Both the position numbers and the translations under genes were made by a program. A DNA stretch of 64,000 nt, from the NCBI GenBank assembly GCA_002633005.1, contig NMRA01000085.1, forward strand, positions 124,001 to 188,000, written 5' to 3'. Within the stretch, counting starts at the first letter, position 1. The number at the start of each line of letters is the position of its first letter. Positions 1 to 43,885 of the stretch are shown here, piece by piece. The notes under the pieces were generated by a model, which searched no databases, was not told the origin of the DNA, and worked only from the letters and a program-made list of their open reading frames with translations. The DNA is from Phoronis australis. Lineage: Eukaryota > Animalia > Phoronida.

Positions 1-1480
1 AATGTTTATTAAGAAAATACCCAGGCACCGTTGGCCTGTTTGTAATAGTTTTATTTAATCCCACCTTGCTTGAACACTGTTGGACTTGATCCATATACAT
101 TGGATTTCTGGTTTCTGGAGTCACATATCTCAGGATAGAAAGTGATTTTCAGGACATTAAGATTGCCCCAAGCATAAATAAATGGTCTTAACTCACAAGC
201 AGCATTACTTTTTTGATCACATAACAGTAGATGCTAAAGTTGCCATTTTTCAAGTTTTCAAAAGCTGAATACCTTGGTACATATAGTGGAAACTTTACAA
301 GAAGTCATTTTATGACGTCTGCACTGTGCAAACCAAGGTTAATAAGAGACTTAAATTGTCCTTGTCTTCAATTTGTTGAGAAATTAGAGAACATAAAATT
401 TCGCTAGTCCTCCATTTTGTAGGATAAACAGATGGAAAATTGTAGTGGATTATTATAATTTGCAACTTGAATTTGTTTTAGAAAAGATAAACCCTCTGCT
501 TCTCTGGCCGCTGTGAGTCCGTTATAACCTCAGCAACACCGAGTATCAAAGATTAGACAAAATGCTGATAAATTTGCTTTTAGTTCAAACCAAGGATTTC
601 TGATAAAGTGTCTTCCATAGGTCGAGGTTGACACAGAAACGCACCTTGGGAAATAGTTTCGGCATCATTCATGTGGTATGTGGCGGTATCCCCGTGAGAA
701 GAACAAAAGGTGGTCCTTGCAAGTCTTAGGGTTGGTCATTTTGGATGAGAATTCCAGGAAGTGGAATTTTAATGATAACCCAAATGCCATGTTCAGATAA
801 CCTTGAAAACCTTTCAAGGTCAGATACCCAATCTATAATTAAATATTTTGTGAGATGTTTGAGTGGCATTGATTTCAATTTCAGTCCTGTTTTCATGGTG
901 TCAGATGGTAGCTCAACTACAGTAGTACATTGATATTTGCTGCCTTGTTATAAGCATGAAGTGTTGAGCTCAAGCATGGTCATAATTCAAGGAATGTCCG
1001 CAGTTCCCTAATGAGCCTTCCAGCCAGAATTATGTAGAATTTTAAGGATTTTATTCACCGTGTTCAATTGCGAAGAGATTTGTGCCATTTTGCCGATGTA
1101 ATCCCATAAAACAGTGCCGCGACTCATTAGTTTTCTGTCTCCTTAGATTCCAAAAATTACCAGTCTCCTCCCCAGTTTCAGTGTGAATGGGACAGGAATG
1201 TCGATCCATTTTGACCATGAGACATAACAGTTTTATGTCCGACATGAAATGTCATTTGTAACATGGCATCTGAGTTTATTGGTTTTTGTTCAGATGTTGA
1301 ACTTGATTGAGATTCAGGTGAAGTGGCTAGATGTCAGTTTGGTGAAATGTGCATAGTTTATGATCTGTCATTGTTCTCCACACCAACCTCTTGTTGCATC
1401 TTGATTATTCACGTGCACAGTGGTTGGAAGGGTTGTTCCTAGGCAACGGATACCGTCATGACAAACGCTAGCGTTTTTCT

Positions 1481-1540
1481 CTTTCGCTTGCACTTTCGCT
1501 TGCACTTTCGCTTGCACTTTCGCTTGCACTTTCGCTTGTA
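1481..1540. repeat. 12-bp tandem repeat (CTTTCGCTTGCA) x5
   Basis: Directly visible; last copy has one mismatch. Confidence 0.92.
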
Positions 1541-4500
1541 TCAAAAACACCAGTAATGTGAACAGTTGTAAAGGTCACTTTTACTGGCGGTTTAAGTTAT
1601 TTCATAACTGTTGATGTGATAAAAATGAAATTTTATAAAACCTTGATCGTCAATTTTGTCCTCATGTTATGGCCAAAAACTTATGTCATACAGTCTAACT
1701 CCTGAGGAATTTTGTAAATGTTTGTTCGTTTGTTGTTTGTTTGGAATGTACATAATATATTCTGAGGCTTATAGATGGAATTTGTTCACCTGAATTTGTC
1801 GTATGTGCCCCCAAAGTCAAAACAATCTTGTAGTGACAAAATCTGGTGTGCATTAAGACTTATTCCACCTTCTACTGAAATAGAAAATTGGGTGAGATTA
1901 AATGTTATGCAACCGTTAAGGCCCGGTCAATGACTTGGGTATCACCGTACCAAGAAGTTTGAGAATTTTTAGGTTTTAATACTTTGAACTTTTGACGAAG
2001 TCATCTTCAGTTTAAAACTGATAGTACTGAGGATTTTGACGCGTTTGGTGAATAAAGTCGAGGCTGAGTGTCTTATCATTTGTTTAGATAGACGTTTATG
2101 GTTGAAAACAGGTCTTTGATTCCTTTTTATAATTCTAGTATCCATCGCATCCAATTCTATTTCCATCTGAAGTCAGGAAATTGTTTTAGTACTTGAAGGC
2201 TGTATTCGAATGCAGCTAAAAGAAATCCATGCGGTGTTTTCAGTCACTTCCGTTAATGTAAAAAGGTGTTGCTAACCCGCACTACATTGACGCTGAATAA
2301 CATTTTGAGTGGAGAAAAAAGGAAGACGCAGCGACTAGGTATTGTTTAAGTACATGCCAAGTCATATTTATCTACTGTAATTGAATAGGCAGGATTGAAC
2401 TTTTACAATGACAATCACGGATCAATGGATGTTTTAACTGTAAATACTGTGCGTACAAAAATTAATATTGCGTTTTCTATTACTATGTTTCCCCGCACAC
2501 CATCATTGTTTGATTGGCAAGCATAGCACCAGGTTTTTGTTTATTTTATTCACTCGCTTACATATGATATGTAGAAGTTTGCTTATGTTGAGCACTTTAT
2601 TTACGAGCAATCGATCGAAGGGAGGGAGATAAGATTGCCCGTTGTGATTGGTGAAGAAATCTCTACTGTATCTGTTGGGTTCCCTGACACGTGAGATAAG
2701 CGTTGCCAGCTCACTTCTGCCGATCACGGAGAGATAAGACCTGCCTTAAGCACGCGACAAAACCAATACCTGTCTGCCATCTTGGGTCAGGTTTTATCTT
2801 TTCAAAGTTGGTTTGAGCATAAGTGTTTGACTGGTGTTTGCTCATCCCTTCAATCGTTGTACAAATACCGTAGGTTGGCTGTGAGGTGTTTACTTGCAGT
2901 TCTTGTCATGAAGTGAATGTGTAACTACCGTACTACTGGGGCAAAGAATGCTCCAGTTTTGCGTGGATGCATAGACTGAAGTATTTCTTTCATTGCGTCA
3001 CCACAAATAATTCCATCAACTCGAAATTACTCACTACATCCTTTAAACAGGATTATAAAATGAATAATTCTAAAATGAAATTGGCATTGTCATTTTTGAG
3101 CCGTAGACCAACTTGACATCCAGCTTAAAGCCCCATGCAGCGCCGTATCTTTTAAAAAAGACATTGTTTCGGTTCATTTTTTTCTCGTAAACCCTTCGTT
3201 TTGAATTAGTAATCCTTCTAGTTAGTATTCCCCATTACACAAGATAACACCAGTTCCTATAATGATAGCAAGATTCATTGTTTTATTCCACTTCGAAGTT
3301 TTCAGTAAATCTGGCTTGACCTAATTAGCCTAGCACATGACTTTAAAATGACATTTGGGGCTCTTACAGTAGGTGCGGTGTAGCAGAACTTAGTCAGAGT
3401 GTGAAGACAGGCCCTGTTTTCAGAATAACAGAGATTTTTGCTATTGGGTCCATGTCAGCTAAGTTGTTCTATGGTCACTTTGTGTGGACAGAACTGCAGA
3501 AACACAAGTCACTTCATGACTAGCTGTTCTGGAACTTTTTGTGAGTAAAACAAACTTTCAAGTGAACTCCACTGTTTATTTATTTTACCCCTTGAGGATT
3601 GTCTGGGAATAGCAGTTTTTAATCTTGGCCTTGAAATCAATTGGGAAAATTGGACAAGTGTTATGTCTTCAGCTACCAACCACAGCCATTGAAATAGGTG
3701 ACATAGGCCAGACTTGTAAAAAGATAAGCAATGGTGCCTAGCATGCTATTTGATGATATTAATATCTTAAGAGCAATTCAAACTGGTATTTAGGCAATCT
3801 GAAGTTGTTTGTTTAGGAACTGACTATTCAACAGAATGCTGTGTTTTAAGTCTGAGATGTAAGCAGCTACATGTGCAAAAAGTCAAAGTTCAAACGTTTT
3901 TAGACGATGGTAAAACCAGACCCAGTGTGGACCCTGCTTTAAAAGTGGTGAAAAGGTTTAAAAAATTTTGTCCAAAATGTTCACTGCCCGGTAACACATT
4001 TGTTGAAAATTTACACGATTTTGTTCTGGCTTATCCACTAGGTAATATAATGCATAAAATTTTTTAAGAAAATTTTTGTTTTGAGTTCTTTGAATTTCTA
4101 TGCGTCGAAATGTTTCTAGAACTTCTAATTTTCCCAACATTCAATTTGGACATGAGACATGGTATGTGTGTGATCATCACTGCCAATTGTTACAGCATGT
4201 GTGTTGCTTTCCCTTGGGAACTTCCATGGAAACGAGTGTAATTGAATCTCTTGAGTTGTTGATATTTACAGTAAAGCCATGTTTTTATGTAACATCTTAA
4301 GGTAGCTCATGTATCTATCAGCTACACTCCTGTCTTCAGTTTACACAGGCTTGATTAAAGGGAGCAAATGTCCTACACTGTCAAAGATTGTTTACTTAAA
4401 TAGAGCACTACTGATTTTACATGCTTTCATACAAATTCTCTCAAGTCGCGTACTTGACTGGATGGGAGGGTTGTATCAGAGTTCTGCCAGTCAACCCTGC

Positions 4501-4912
4501 TACTGTCTCAACTGTTTGCTCCGAGAAAATTGGGATTCGAGTACTTTTGTAGGTGGTGAATTCACAGAATGAATTTCCTTCTACAACATGGGGGAATTGG
4601 TGAAAATCCCAACCTGAGGTAATATCACCAATAACCTATTCTGGCAGTAACCACTTATAGTCCCCTCCCCCCTGCATTTTGAGAACCAGTTTTCTCCACT
4701 CAATAATGGTGATCAAACTGGTTATCACCGTCGTGTACCCACAACTTATCACACTTGGCTGAGTTGATGCCCGGGGCGCTGAAATTGGGGAGCTCAAAAA
4801 CCTGTGTCTGAAGCTGAGTGTGGGCATTTAAAACCAAATTTTTGAAAAGTCAGAGTTGGCATTTTGCCACATGGTTAATTGTGGCAAATGCAACGGACTT
4901 GCATGTAAGAGT

Positions 4913-5071
4913 CAAGGGGCTGATCCAGGATTTTGAGTTGGGTCCAGGGGGGCAGAGTATTAGCCAGGATTTTGTCCGTCAGGTATTCGCACCCTCAAAC
5001 TGCCAAATGGAACTTGGGAAAATTTAAGGAGGGGTCAGGCCCCCTTGACCCCCCCTCTAAATCCGCCGCTG
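4913..5071. mobile_element. Degenerate short MITE-like element with GGGGC.GAT/ATCCGCC ends
   Basis: caaggggctgatccag ... ctaaatccgccgctg imperfect inverted ends with G/C-run subtermini; no clear TSD. Confidence 0.4.
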
Positions 5072-7206
5072 CTAGGAGAGGTGCCTCGGGAACTCTGAAC
5101 TGTTACAGAAAGATAAGTTAGTTTCTTTTGATATGCGAGTTACAATTCGCATGAGGTAGGCATTCGTAGACATGGGTGCTTTCAGGATAGTCTGGATTGT
5201 ACAAATTGGGGGTGAGCGTTAAATTGAGTGCGAGTGTTTAAAACTGACAATTTTCATTTTACACAGTTAAGCGTTAACTTGACCATAACATGATTGCCAA
5301 CTTAACTAATATGGTATGCTTGTAAACCCACCCGACAAGATAACTCGGGTGTTTTTCAGATACCTAGCTAACCAAGACAATATTATAAAGCCAAAACACC
5401 TTGCCCTAAATGATACCCAGGCAAGCTGGATTACTGTACGAGTGTCAGCCTGTTCCTACCAGCTGAGCCTGCCCTACAGAGAACCAACCCCACAATATTG
5501 TCTGTTGTTAGTTTTGAAATGATCGTTTTTCAAATCTTTGTCTGGTCTTGTGCCTGCATCTCAGGTAGAAAAATTCAAATCCCCATCCACTATGATGAAA
5601 AAGACTGTTGAAAAGATTTGGACTCATTCACCCGTAGATAACCTCTAATCATTGTCAAGGTTTACATGAGCCCATCTAGGACTCATTACCTATGCACACC
5701 TGCCAATGTTGTGAAATGCTGGTCTCTGATTGGCCGCTTTTTAATTTGTCTTGAGATTGCCTATCATGTTTTGCTTGCTATTGTCAGCTGGTTGGGGGAC
5801 ACTTCAATCTTTATGTGGGACAAGTGGAATGGTCCGTCCTAAGGGTACTGGGGTAGGTCAGTAGGGCAAGGTGAACCAAAAACTGATTGAAATCTTTTAA
5901 TATTTGTTTAGTGGCTCAAGAGATCTGTGAAGTGTATGTAGTGAGGAAAATTTAGAGATTTGCTATCTTTTTATGTGAGACTTTAGCAGTGAGTTTGATT
6001 GTGTGACCCCCCTAGCTTGTGATTGGAATCTTCCATGTTGCTCTGGGACAAGCTGAAGTGGTTGTGATTAGAAAGTAGTCCCTCCAAATCTTGAATGAGT
6101 ATTGCACAGGGGTCACTGGGCAATATTGTTTCAAGCCTGTCTTAGACTGGTCCTCCATAAGACTAGCCATGTGCTCTATCTGAGCCATGTGCTTATTGAG
6201 CAGTGGTTGAAGTGTGCCAATGAATAAACTGACTGTATGAATGGTGGGACAGTTTGTAGATTGGGGAATACACATTGTGTAGGGCAATTTTGGTTTTGAC
6301 ATCATCTGTCTTAACCCACATATAAGTGGAACACATTCAAGAAGAGGGCAGAGGCCTCAGGTATAAGTTTCCTTTAATGCACTTCATTGATGTAACGAAA
6401 TGATGCACGTGTTGGGTATTTTCACTGAAATTATCCATTTAATGTTAAAATTTATTTTTTTCATTGTTTTATATTAAAATGGCCACTTTGCTGTCATAAT
6501 ACAAGACTGCCTGGTTATCCTGAATATCAAAGTCGGTTCTTAACGAGCTTCAGTCTGCAAAGTACAAAATTTTCTTTTTTCAGTAGCAGATACCATAATT
6601 GCTATACGTTTGTTTTCAATTACCAAAACTTACGAGTGGAATCGATCTAATTTGACATATTCTGCTGCAAATGGATCAATGATCGTTTTGCAGCAGGCAT
6701 GTTCAGGTAGTTGATTATTTTTTCTGAAGGTGGTGCTGTTCTTCTCCATGAACATGGCTCGCTGCAAGTTATTGGAAAAGCGTCGTTGTCACTTCCAAGA
6801 CCATTTTTTTGCTCTTTATCACTTTGAAATAACAAAATGTAATATGCTGATTTACAAAGTGGAAAAAGAGGAATTGCGTGTTTGCTAAAATGCATTTCTT
6901 ATTTTTGAAAATGGAAAAGCAATGTCTCTATAATGCTGTTGCTCAAGCTCGACATAACCGCTGTATCTTGGAACTTGCGCAAAAATTTTGTTATTCGCTA
7001 GCACACAGCACTTGCTGAAATTAGCTTGCAGTGTTCTTCATGACCTGTTTTAACTGGACCTTGTGGCACGTTTGATTACGACCTGTTTGAAAAATTAGTA
7101 ACCAGTTAGAAAAGAGTGTCACCATTGCTGAAATGTCTTAATGATTTAACTAAGGCTTAGTAATAACACGTCACTGAAACTGATTTAAGGTCAATTAGTG
7201 CAAACA

Positions 7207-7208
<2 letters not shown>

Positions 7209-7241
<33 letters not shown>

Positions 7242-7265
7242 CGTGTGCGCGTGTGCTTGTGTGTT
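7209..7265. repeat. (GT)n microsatellite
   Basis: About 15 perfect GT units followed by degenerate GT/GC units. Confidence 0.95.
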
Positions 7266-10200
7266 GGTGTTAATGCTTCCGACACATTTATGTTTTCCAG
7301 TAGTGGAGAGCACTGGTTTGGCTTTTGCATGCAGCTCATCATTACTCATTGAAAGGAGCTTCCATACATTGTTTCATGCAATTATAGTACGTCTGCCATG
7401 CAATTTTTTTGTCAACAGGGCCCTCATTGACTAAACTTTGTGGCCAAACACCGTTCCTATTCTCCTATGAAAGTATTTTAAAATCACGTAGAATTTCACT
7501 TATCAGCTCCAAGAATTCTCAAATGATTAAAATTCTCCCTCAAATGGAGAATCATGTATGCAAAATGTTAAGTTTGGCTCCAATACTTGAGGCATTGGTA
7601 CAGGATGGCAAGCATGGAATGGAACTGGTGGTGCAGTTGGGGTGAGGGATTTTTCCATCAATCAAAAAATTCCCATCAGAAGGCACACACACCTTTCCCT
7701 TCAAGTGAGCAAGGGCCCTAGTCAACAGCAATGCAGCAAAAAGGTATTTCCAAGGATTGCCCATGTCAATTTGCAATACATCATAATTAGAAATACTACA
7801 GTCGTTTGTTTGCGTAATCATTGTTCTTCATTTGAAAATTTTCTGTTAAAATTCTTGAGGAGATTTGCAAAGCCTGTTGTGGTAAGGATTTACTGATAAG
7901 CTGGCCAGCTATCACTAGGATCAGACCTGCCTTGGATTTTACTACTCCATGTGATATTGATTGGAGTACATTAAGTGTTTAATTCTAGCCTCATCAAAAC
8001 AAACACACGTCCAAAGTTACCTGGTCATGGCTTAATAACTCACAGTCGATATTTGAATGGAAGACATCAGCAGGAACTTTTTCAAGGCAGCTTGACGGAA
8101 ATGAGATTGCGGAAATTACTAATTAAAATGATTTTCTCGACTTTTATTACCGTTCATTTATTGGTTATGAGTAGTGTCAATAGTCAATCTAGTTTTTGCC
8201 GACGGCGTCGAAGCCATCTCTGTTATCAGCTGTGTTTTTGTTAATTATTTCTACCAACTCGTTTTTGTGTATTTTGGTTTAATTGAATCTTCTTCATCAA
8301 ACTTTTATGATTTATTTCGAGATTTTTGCTGGATTTTGTTTATGGTAGTTTATTATTTCATGAGCGTTGTTTGTCGATTACAGCAGGGGTTTACCATTTA
8401 TCCCCCTGACACCTCCAGGCACTTGTTCAGACCCACCAGACCCTGGGTTCAGTGACATTCTTCCTATAATGTTGCCTTGATGTGATTCACAAATGTTCCT
8501 CTGTGGTGAGAACTGACAAACTTTTCCCAAACCTGACCGCGTGTCAACTCGCTTTGATGTCACACCGAGCAAATAATGACCGCAAATAATGACCGGAAAC
8601 CCAACACTGTCGGCACAGGGACCAGGTCACTTTGCCAATAACTTCAAAATTCACGTCGTTGCAGTATATGTTAAGCTGTTTTTTTTTACCAGTGCCATAA
8701 CGCCTTTGTGGCCCTGAACAAGGAATTGAAATTTTACAAAAACGTGTCTGTCGGATGTTGGCTGTGGAGTGCTGGGGTTCTGAGTGCAATGTTAAGTTAG
8801 TACCTGTAATATGAGTACTAGTGGTGTACATGTGTCCTCGTATGCTGCTGAGATTGGCAACTTGTTGTCATTAATTCCTCATGTTGTTTCCTTGGTAACG
8901 TGGGCATGGCATGGTAAGGCAGTTAGAATTTAATGGTGGTAGTGTCTTTCAAAAAGTAAAATTTCCTTTTAGACTCAAAGAAAATGTCGATACTTAAAAG
9001 AATATTCAAACCCTGTTTTTTGTGATTTCAACCAATCCTTGGTCTGACGCTTCTGCTTTTGCGTCATTGGCGTCCCACTTGAGCAATGAAAACTATATTC
9101 AAACTAAAAACTTGTTTTATCTTCAACACCGATAGGATATTATGGTTCTTGATGGGTGGCCTTTTTACTTGTTTTTTTCCCTTTAGTAGACTTGGTAAGG
9201 AATTTTCAATTTTGGCTCCAAACATTTCAGGGTTGTCATGGGTTACAGAGAATTATTTTGTTCCAAAGAACTAGATGGGAATGTCATTTTTAATATTTAT
9301 TAATATGCCGAAATCAGGTTTGGTATCCTTTTAATATTATTATTCGACCGAAATAATCAAAAAATCATTGCGAACTTAGGTATTTGCTGACTATTCTTGA
9401 AAAATCTTTTTGCCAGGAATACTTAAGGATTTTGTTTTCTGGATGAGTACGCATTTTTGATTTTTTCCGTAATCTTGCTTGATCTCTCGGTGGCTTTCAA
9501 CTTCATTGATTAGTTATTAGTGCAAATTAGCAATCAATTTGTCTGAGTGGGAAGTGCTGTAGGGTTCAGCATGATTGGTGGCTGAAGATTAATCTTTGTT
9601 AATTAGTCAAACAGCGAACTGGATGTCAGTGGTTGTTGAAGAGTGTGACTGCAAAGAATTGACAAGCTAAACAAATCTGAAACGAACTTTTTTACTGTCC
9701 TAGAAAGTTGTAGGACTGTTGTGTTATGACAAATATGCAGACTTGAAATAATTTTTCGATCATTTATTATCTTCTGGGAAATTTTATCGAGATTTTGGGT
9801 AATTTTTGGATGTATGTATATTGTCCAGCTAGGGAAAATTTTATTGAGATGTTGGTTAGTTTTTGTATATATATTTTAGTGTGTAATGGCCGAGCATGGT
9901 TTTTCTTGTTCCAGATGTCCATTCTCTTTTGCATAAAAAGTAAATGCTTGCAAAAATGTTACTGGAGTTTGAAGAACAATACAGTTGTACTTTCTTTCAG
10001 ATTTTGATGTCCAAATCTTAGTTTCTGGTAGGAGTACCCCAATATGAAAATTCACTCTCTGTGCATCATCCTGACATATTGGGTGCCTGCTTCTCATTTC
10101 CTGCCTCATCTTATAAAAATACAACCAGATGATAATCTGACCCATAAACTCTTACTTGCTTTTGTTAAGATTTGGCCATCAAGGGTGGCTCAACAGCTCT

Positions 10201-11450
10201 CAACGTAGAAAGAAATGTTGTCAACAATTTTGATGTGTCATAAATTCGAACTAAGTTCACTTCACACTATACTTTCTTGTCACTCCTTGTTTACAGTATG
10301 GTTGAGCTCCTGAATAATTCTTTGTACAATTAGTTATTGAATTGTTGGAATAATGGCTATGTTTTTTAACCATTCCTGGGCATTTTCCCTAATTTATTGA
10401 TGGTTCTCAGTGTTAATTGCTTCAACACGGACTACATGCACTGCAAAAAGATTAAATGCATTTTTAAATCTCTATTTTGGCTCATATGCTTGCTATTTTA
10501 ACAGGTTTTTTCACACGTATGGTACATGTACGAACATGCACCCAAGCTTTTCATTCAGGTCCAATCATTTGTTGTTTGTATAAACCCATGTTTTTTCAAA
10601 TGGGTTGACATGATTTGATTTTGATACTTTTCAATTAATTTTTAAAATCTGTTATTCAAAACTCGTCAACAACTATGGTAAAATATTTTTCATTAATAAC
10701 TGAACGTTCTTTTCCATGCTCCTCGGTGGTATTACATTGAACGTTTCACCTAATATGTTTCTTAGTTCAGTTACATGCACGGCTTCATAAGTAGTCACAT
10801 GGGCCAAAATACCCAAATATTTGGCACTACTCTGTTGGTGTGGTGGGCCCTGCTCTTTCATACTTACTTGGAATTAGATGTATATTCATGTCAAAACCCC
10901 TTATAATCTCTTAAGCAAATGTGGAAAGACAGCTTGTTAGTTGAACTTTGTTAGGCCTGGCTTGTGTTCAAGCGGGGGCTGCTCTGGCGCAGGGAGTTTG
11001 GATTTCTTGCTTTGTTTTCCTTGCTCAGAAATGTGGAAAGTGTTGTCATGGCAACCCATTGTCGATTGGACCACCATAATATTTGGATTGTTGTACAAAT
11101 ATTTGCTGTTTAAAACCATCGCGAAATACTTTGAAGACTAGGTGTGTTGATCCTGTGGCGGATTTCAGTGGCAATCAATAGCATTATAAACAGTATAACA
11201 CTAGTTCTGCGTTTTATTGGTTACATTCGATGTCCCATTATTGTCCTTGTCCTAGTTCTCTTTAGTGGCGCATTCTTAGTGCTTGGGAAAGTTGCTGTGA
11301 TGTAGTGGGCCACTGTTGTCTTAACCCATTCAGAGTAAGGTTTGAGATAGTGTAGGGTTTTGGGTGGTGTTGGAAATCTGGGCTGAGTCAGGGGAATGAA
11401 ACCACACAACAATGGGAGTTGTGATGAACTGTGAAAAGGACTCTGTTTTT

Positions 11451-11477
11451 TGTTGTTGTTGTTGTTGTTGTTGTTGT
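11451..11477. repeat. (TGT)n microsatellite
   Basis: Directly visible. Confidence 0.9.
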
Positions 11478-11802
11478 ATCACAACTTGGTAAACTTATTT
11501 ACAAAGTTAAGTAAATAAAACATGTTTTTTAAGTTTTGTTTTTTGGTTTGCATGTTTAATGTTTTTTATATCTTTAGGTAGAGGAGTTTGAGAAAAGAGA
11601 TTATTGAATAATATTGAAACTTGTGAAAGTATATATTCTGCAGCTCAAGAATTTAACATGCGAGGGAAATTTTATTTTTTGAAATTCACAAACAAGTGGT
11701 TGTGTGTTGTGAGGCAGATTGATTGATGTTAAACAGATAAAATGAATATGATGATTAACCAAGTTTTTTTTTGCTTCTAACCCTTTTTTCCACCTGTTCC
11801 AG

Positions 11803-42168
<30,366 letters not shown>

Positions 42169-43885
42169 CTCGCGTAGTGACCAGTAAAGAGCTGTGGTTG
42201 TGTACCAGGAACAAGAGAGGTGGTTATGTGCAAACAGTGTACAGACATATCATGATGCATGAGACCTGATGGCGAGGGAACAAGGTTCAGAAAATGCCCG
42301 GATTATATTCAACCTGGATGACTTTTAAATCCGATCTCACACATGTATATACATATGCAGAGTGTTATATGGCGTGGACGAAAACTGTTCTGGTCGGATT
42401 GCATGTTAGTATACATATCCAGACACAAGAGGACCAATGTATGATGATTCCAGGCGTAGTGTACAGTGTCCACAAGGACAAACGGTGCTTCCTGTAGAAT
42501 TTGTAATACAGTAATATAGATGTGCACTCTCCTATAGTGGAGGTGATTTTAATATTGTATATGCGCACTCTCGTAGAATGAGTTACGCGGCGTACCAGAG
42601 TGCACGAGAGTTGAACCTAATGAATTATTGCACAGAGCAATATGTATATAGTCTTATTTTTTTCTACGAAATATGTGACATAAAGTTTTTGTATTTTAGG
42701 TTCCCGAAGGAACGAACATATCATAATATGTTAAATAGTGACATAGCAACATTTTATGAGATTAATACGCTTTTTGTGTACAGTACGTTGAATTCACCAG
42801 TGTATGAGATGGTGAGAATCGCGAACAATGCATCAAGCTTGCATGGAAACGGGTCTTGAATTACTAGAGTCTGTGATGGTGCAACACAGTTGCCATCCAC
42901 TGACACTATTCTGTGTCAAGCTATGTGACCAAGATTTCCTTTAGCAATCTGTCGTAGACGTACACGATATAGCCTGAAATTGTTTTAAGGTTTCTGTTAT
43001 TTCTCAGCTTAGCATTTTTTCTGTTTGATTTTGGTCTATTGGAAAGGTGCCATCGAGTAATTGGCTCTCAGTTGGTAGAATGAAAATTAGACTGAACACA
43101 ATAAAGTCTTGTATTGTTCGCCCGACATGTCAAGTTTGTTTTTGTCAGCACCCACATTCTCAAGTGTATTGTAGTTATTATCATTTATTTCTACGCGTTT
43201 TCAGCTTTCGTTTTTTTGAGTTGTTTTAATTAAGGTTTGCTCACGTTTCACATGCCTGTTTTTCACAACTTAGTTTGTTACGTCACTGTAGACTCACCAA
43301 GTTTGATGTTCAGTTCTTACCTGCCGTGTATCTTGACTTGTACTTAATGTATGCCTATGTTGGTTTTAAAACTGTCGCAAATGAGCAACAACGAAGGGTA
43401 ATCTGAGAAGAATGTTACTATTGTGTTTATCATGTATGCAAGAGTTAGTGTAATTTTTCATTTCACTTGTATTTGCAAAATAAATGCATTTTTAAGGAGT
43501 CTGTCAATTTGTTACCATGGAAATATGTAGTAGTGCAATTTAATATGTCCTACGAGAATGCCTCTGGTCATAATCATTAGCTATGATTAAATATTGATGA
43601 TTAACCTGCAGCAGATTTTTAAATTATTTTTAAAAGTTTAATTATTTTCTAGTGAAGCGTTCAAATATAGCAGTCACTTGGCAGATCACAAGGTCTGTTG
43701 CAATGCATATCAAAGAAATATGGCTTTGACCAGAGGCCAAATATGACATGAACACAGTAATCTATATATTTATATATACAGTGTTAGCTTAGTATTTATA
43801 GTGCTTGAGTAACCAAAAGATGCATTTCTATTGTAGACTTTATTGTTATATGCAAACTTCAATAAACATTGTCACACCATATACT
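42169..43885 (+). promoter_or_regulatory. Probable long Notch 3' UTR ending near AATAAA 43861-43866
   Basis: AT-rich sequence after the stop codon with an AATAAA hexamer; the end is inferred, not proven. Confidence 0.45.

Noticed and set aside
7552-7821. Minus-strand ORF containing signal-peptide-like MGNPWKYLFAALLLTRALA
   Set aside because: Wrong strand for Notch, short, and without recognisable domain or splice support.
1-11802. Search for the Notch signal-peptide exon and first half of EGF1
   Set aside because: No plus-strand exon with a signal peptide or C..NPC.NGG.C pattern was found; these exons probably lie upstream of the window.
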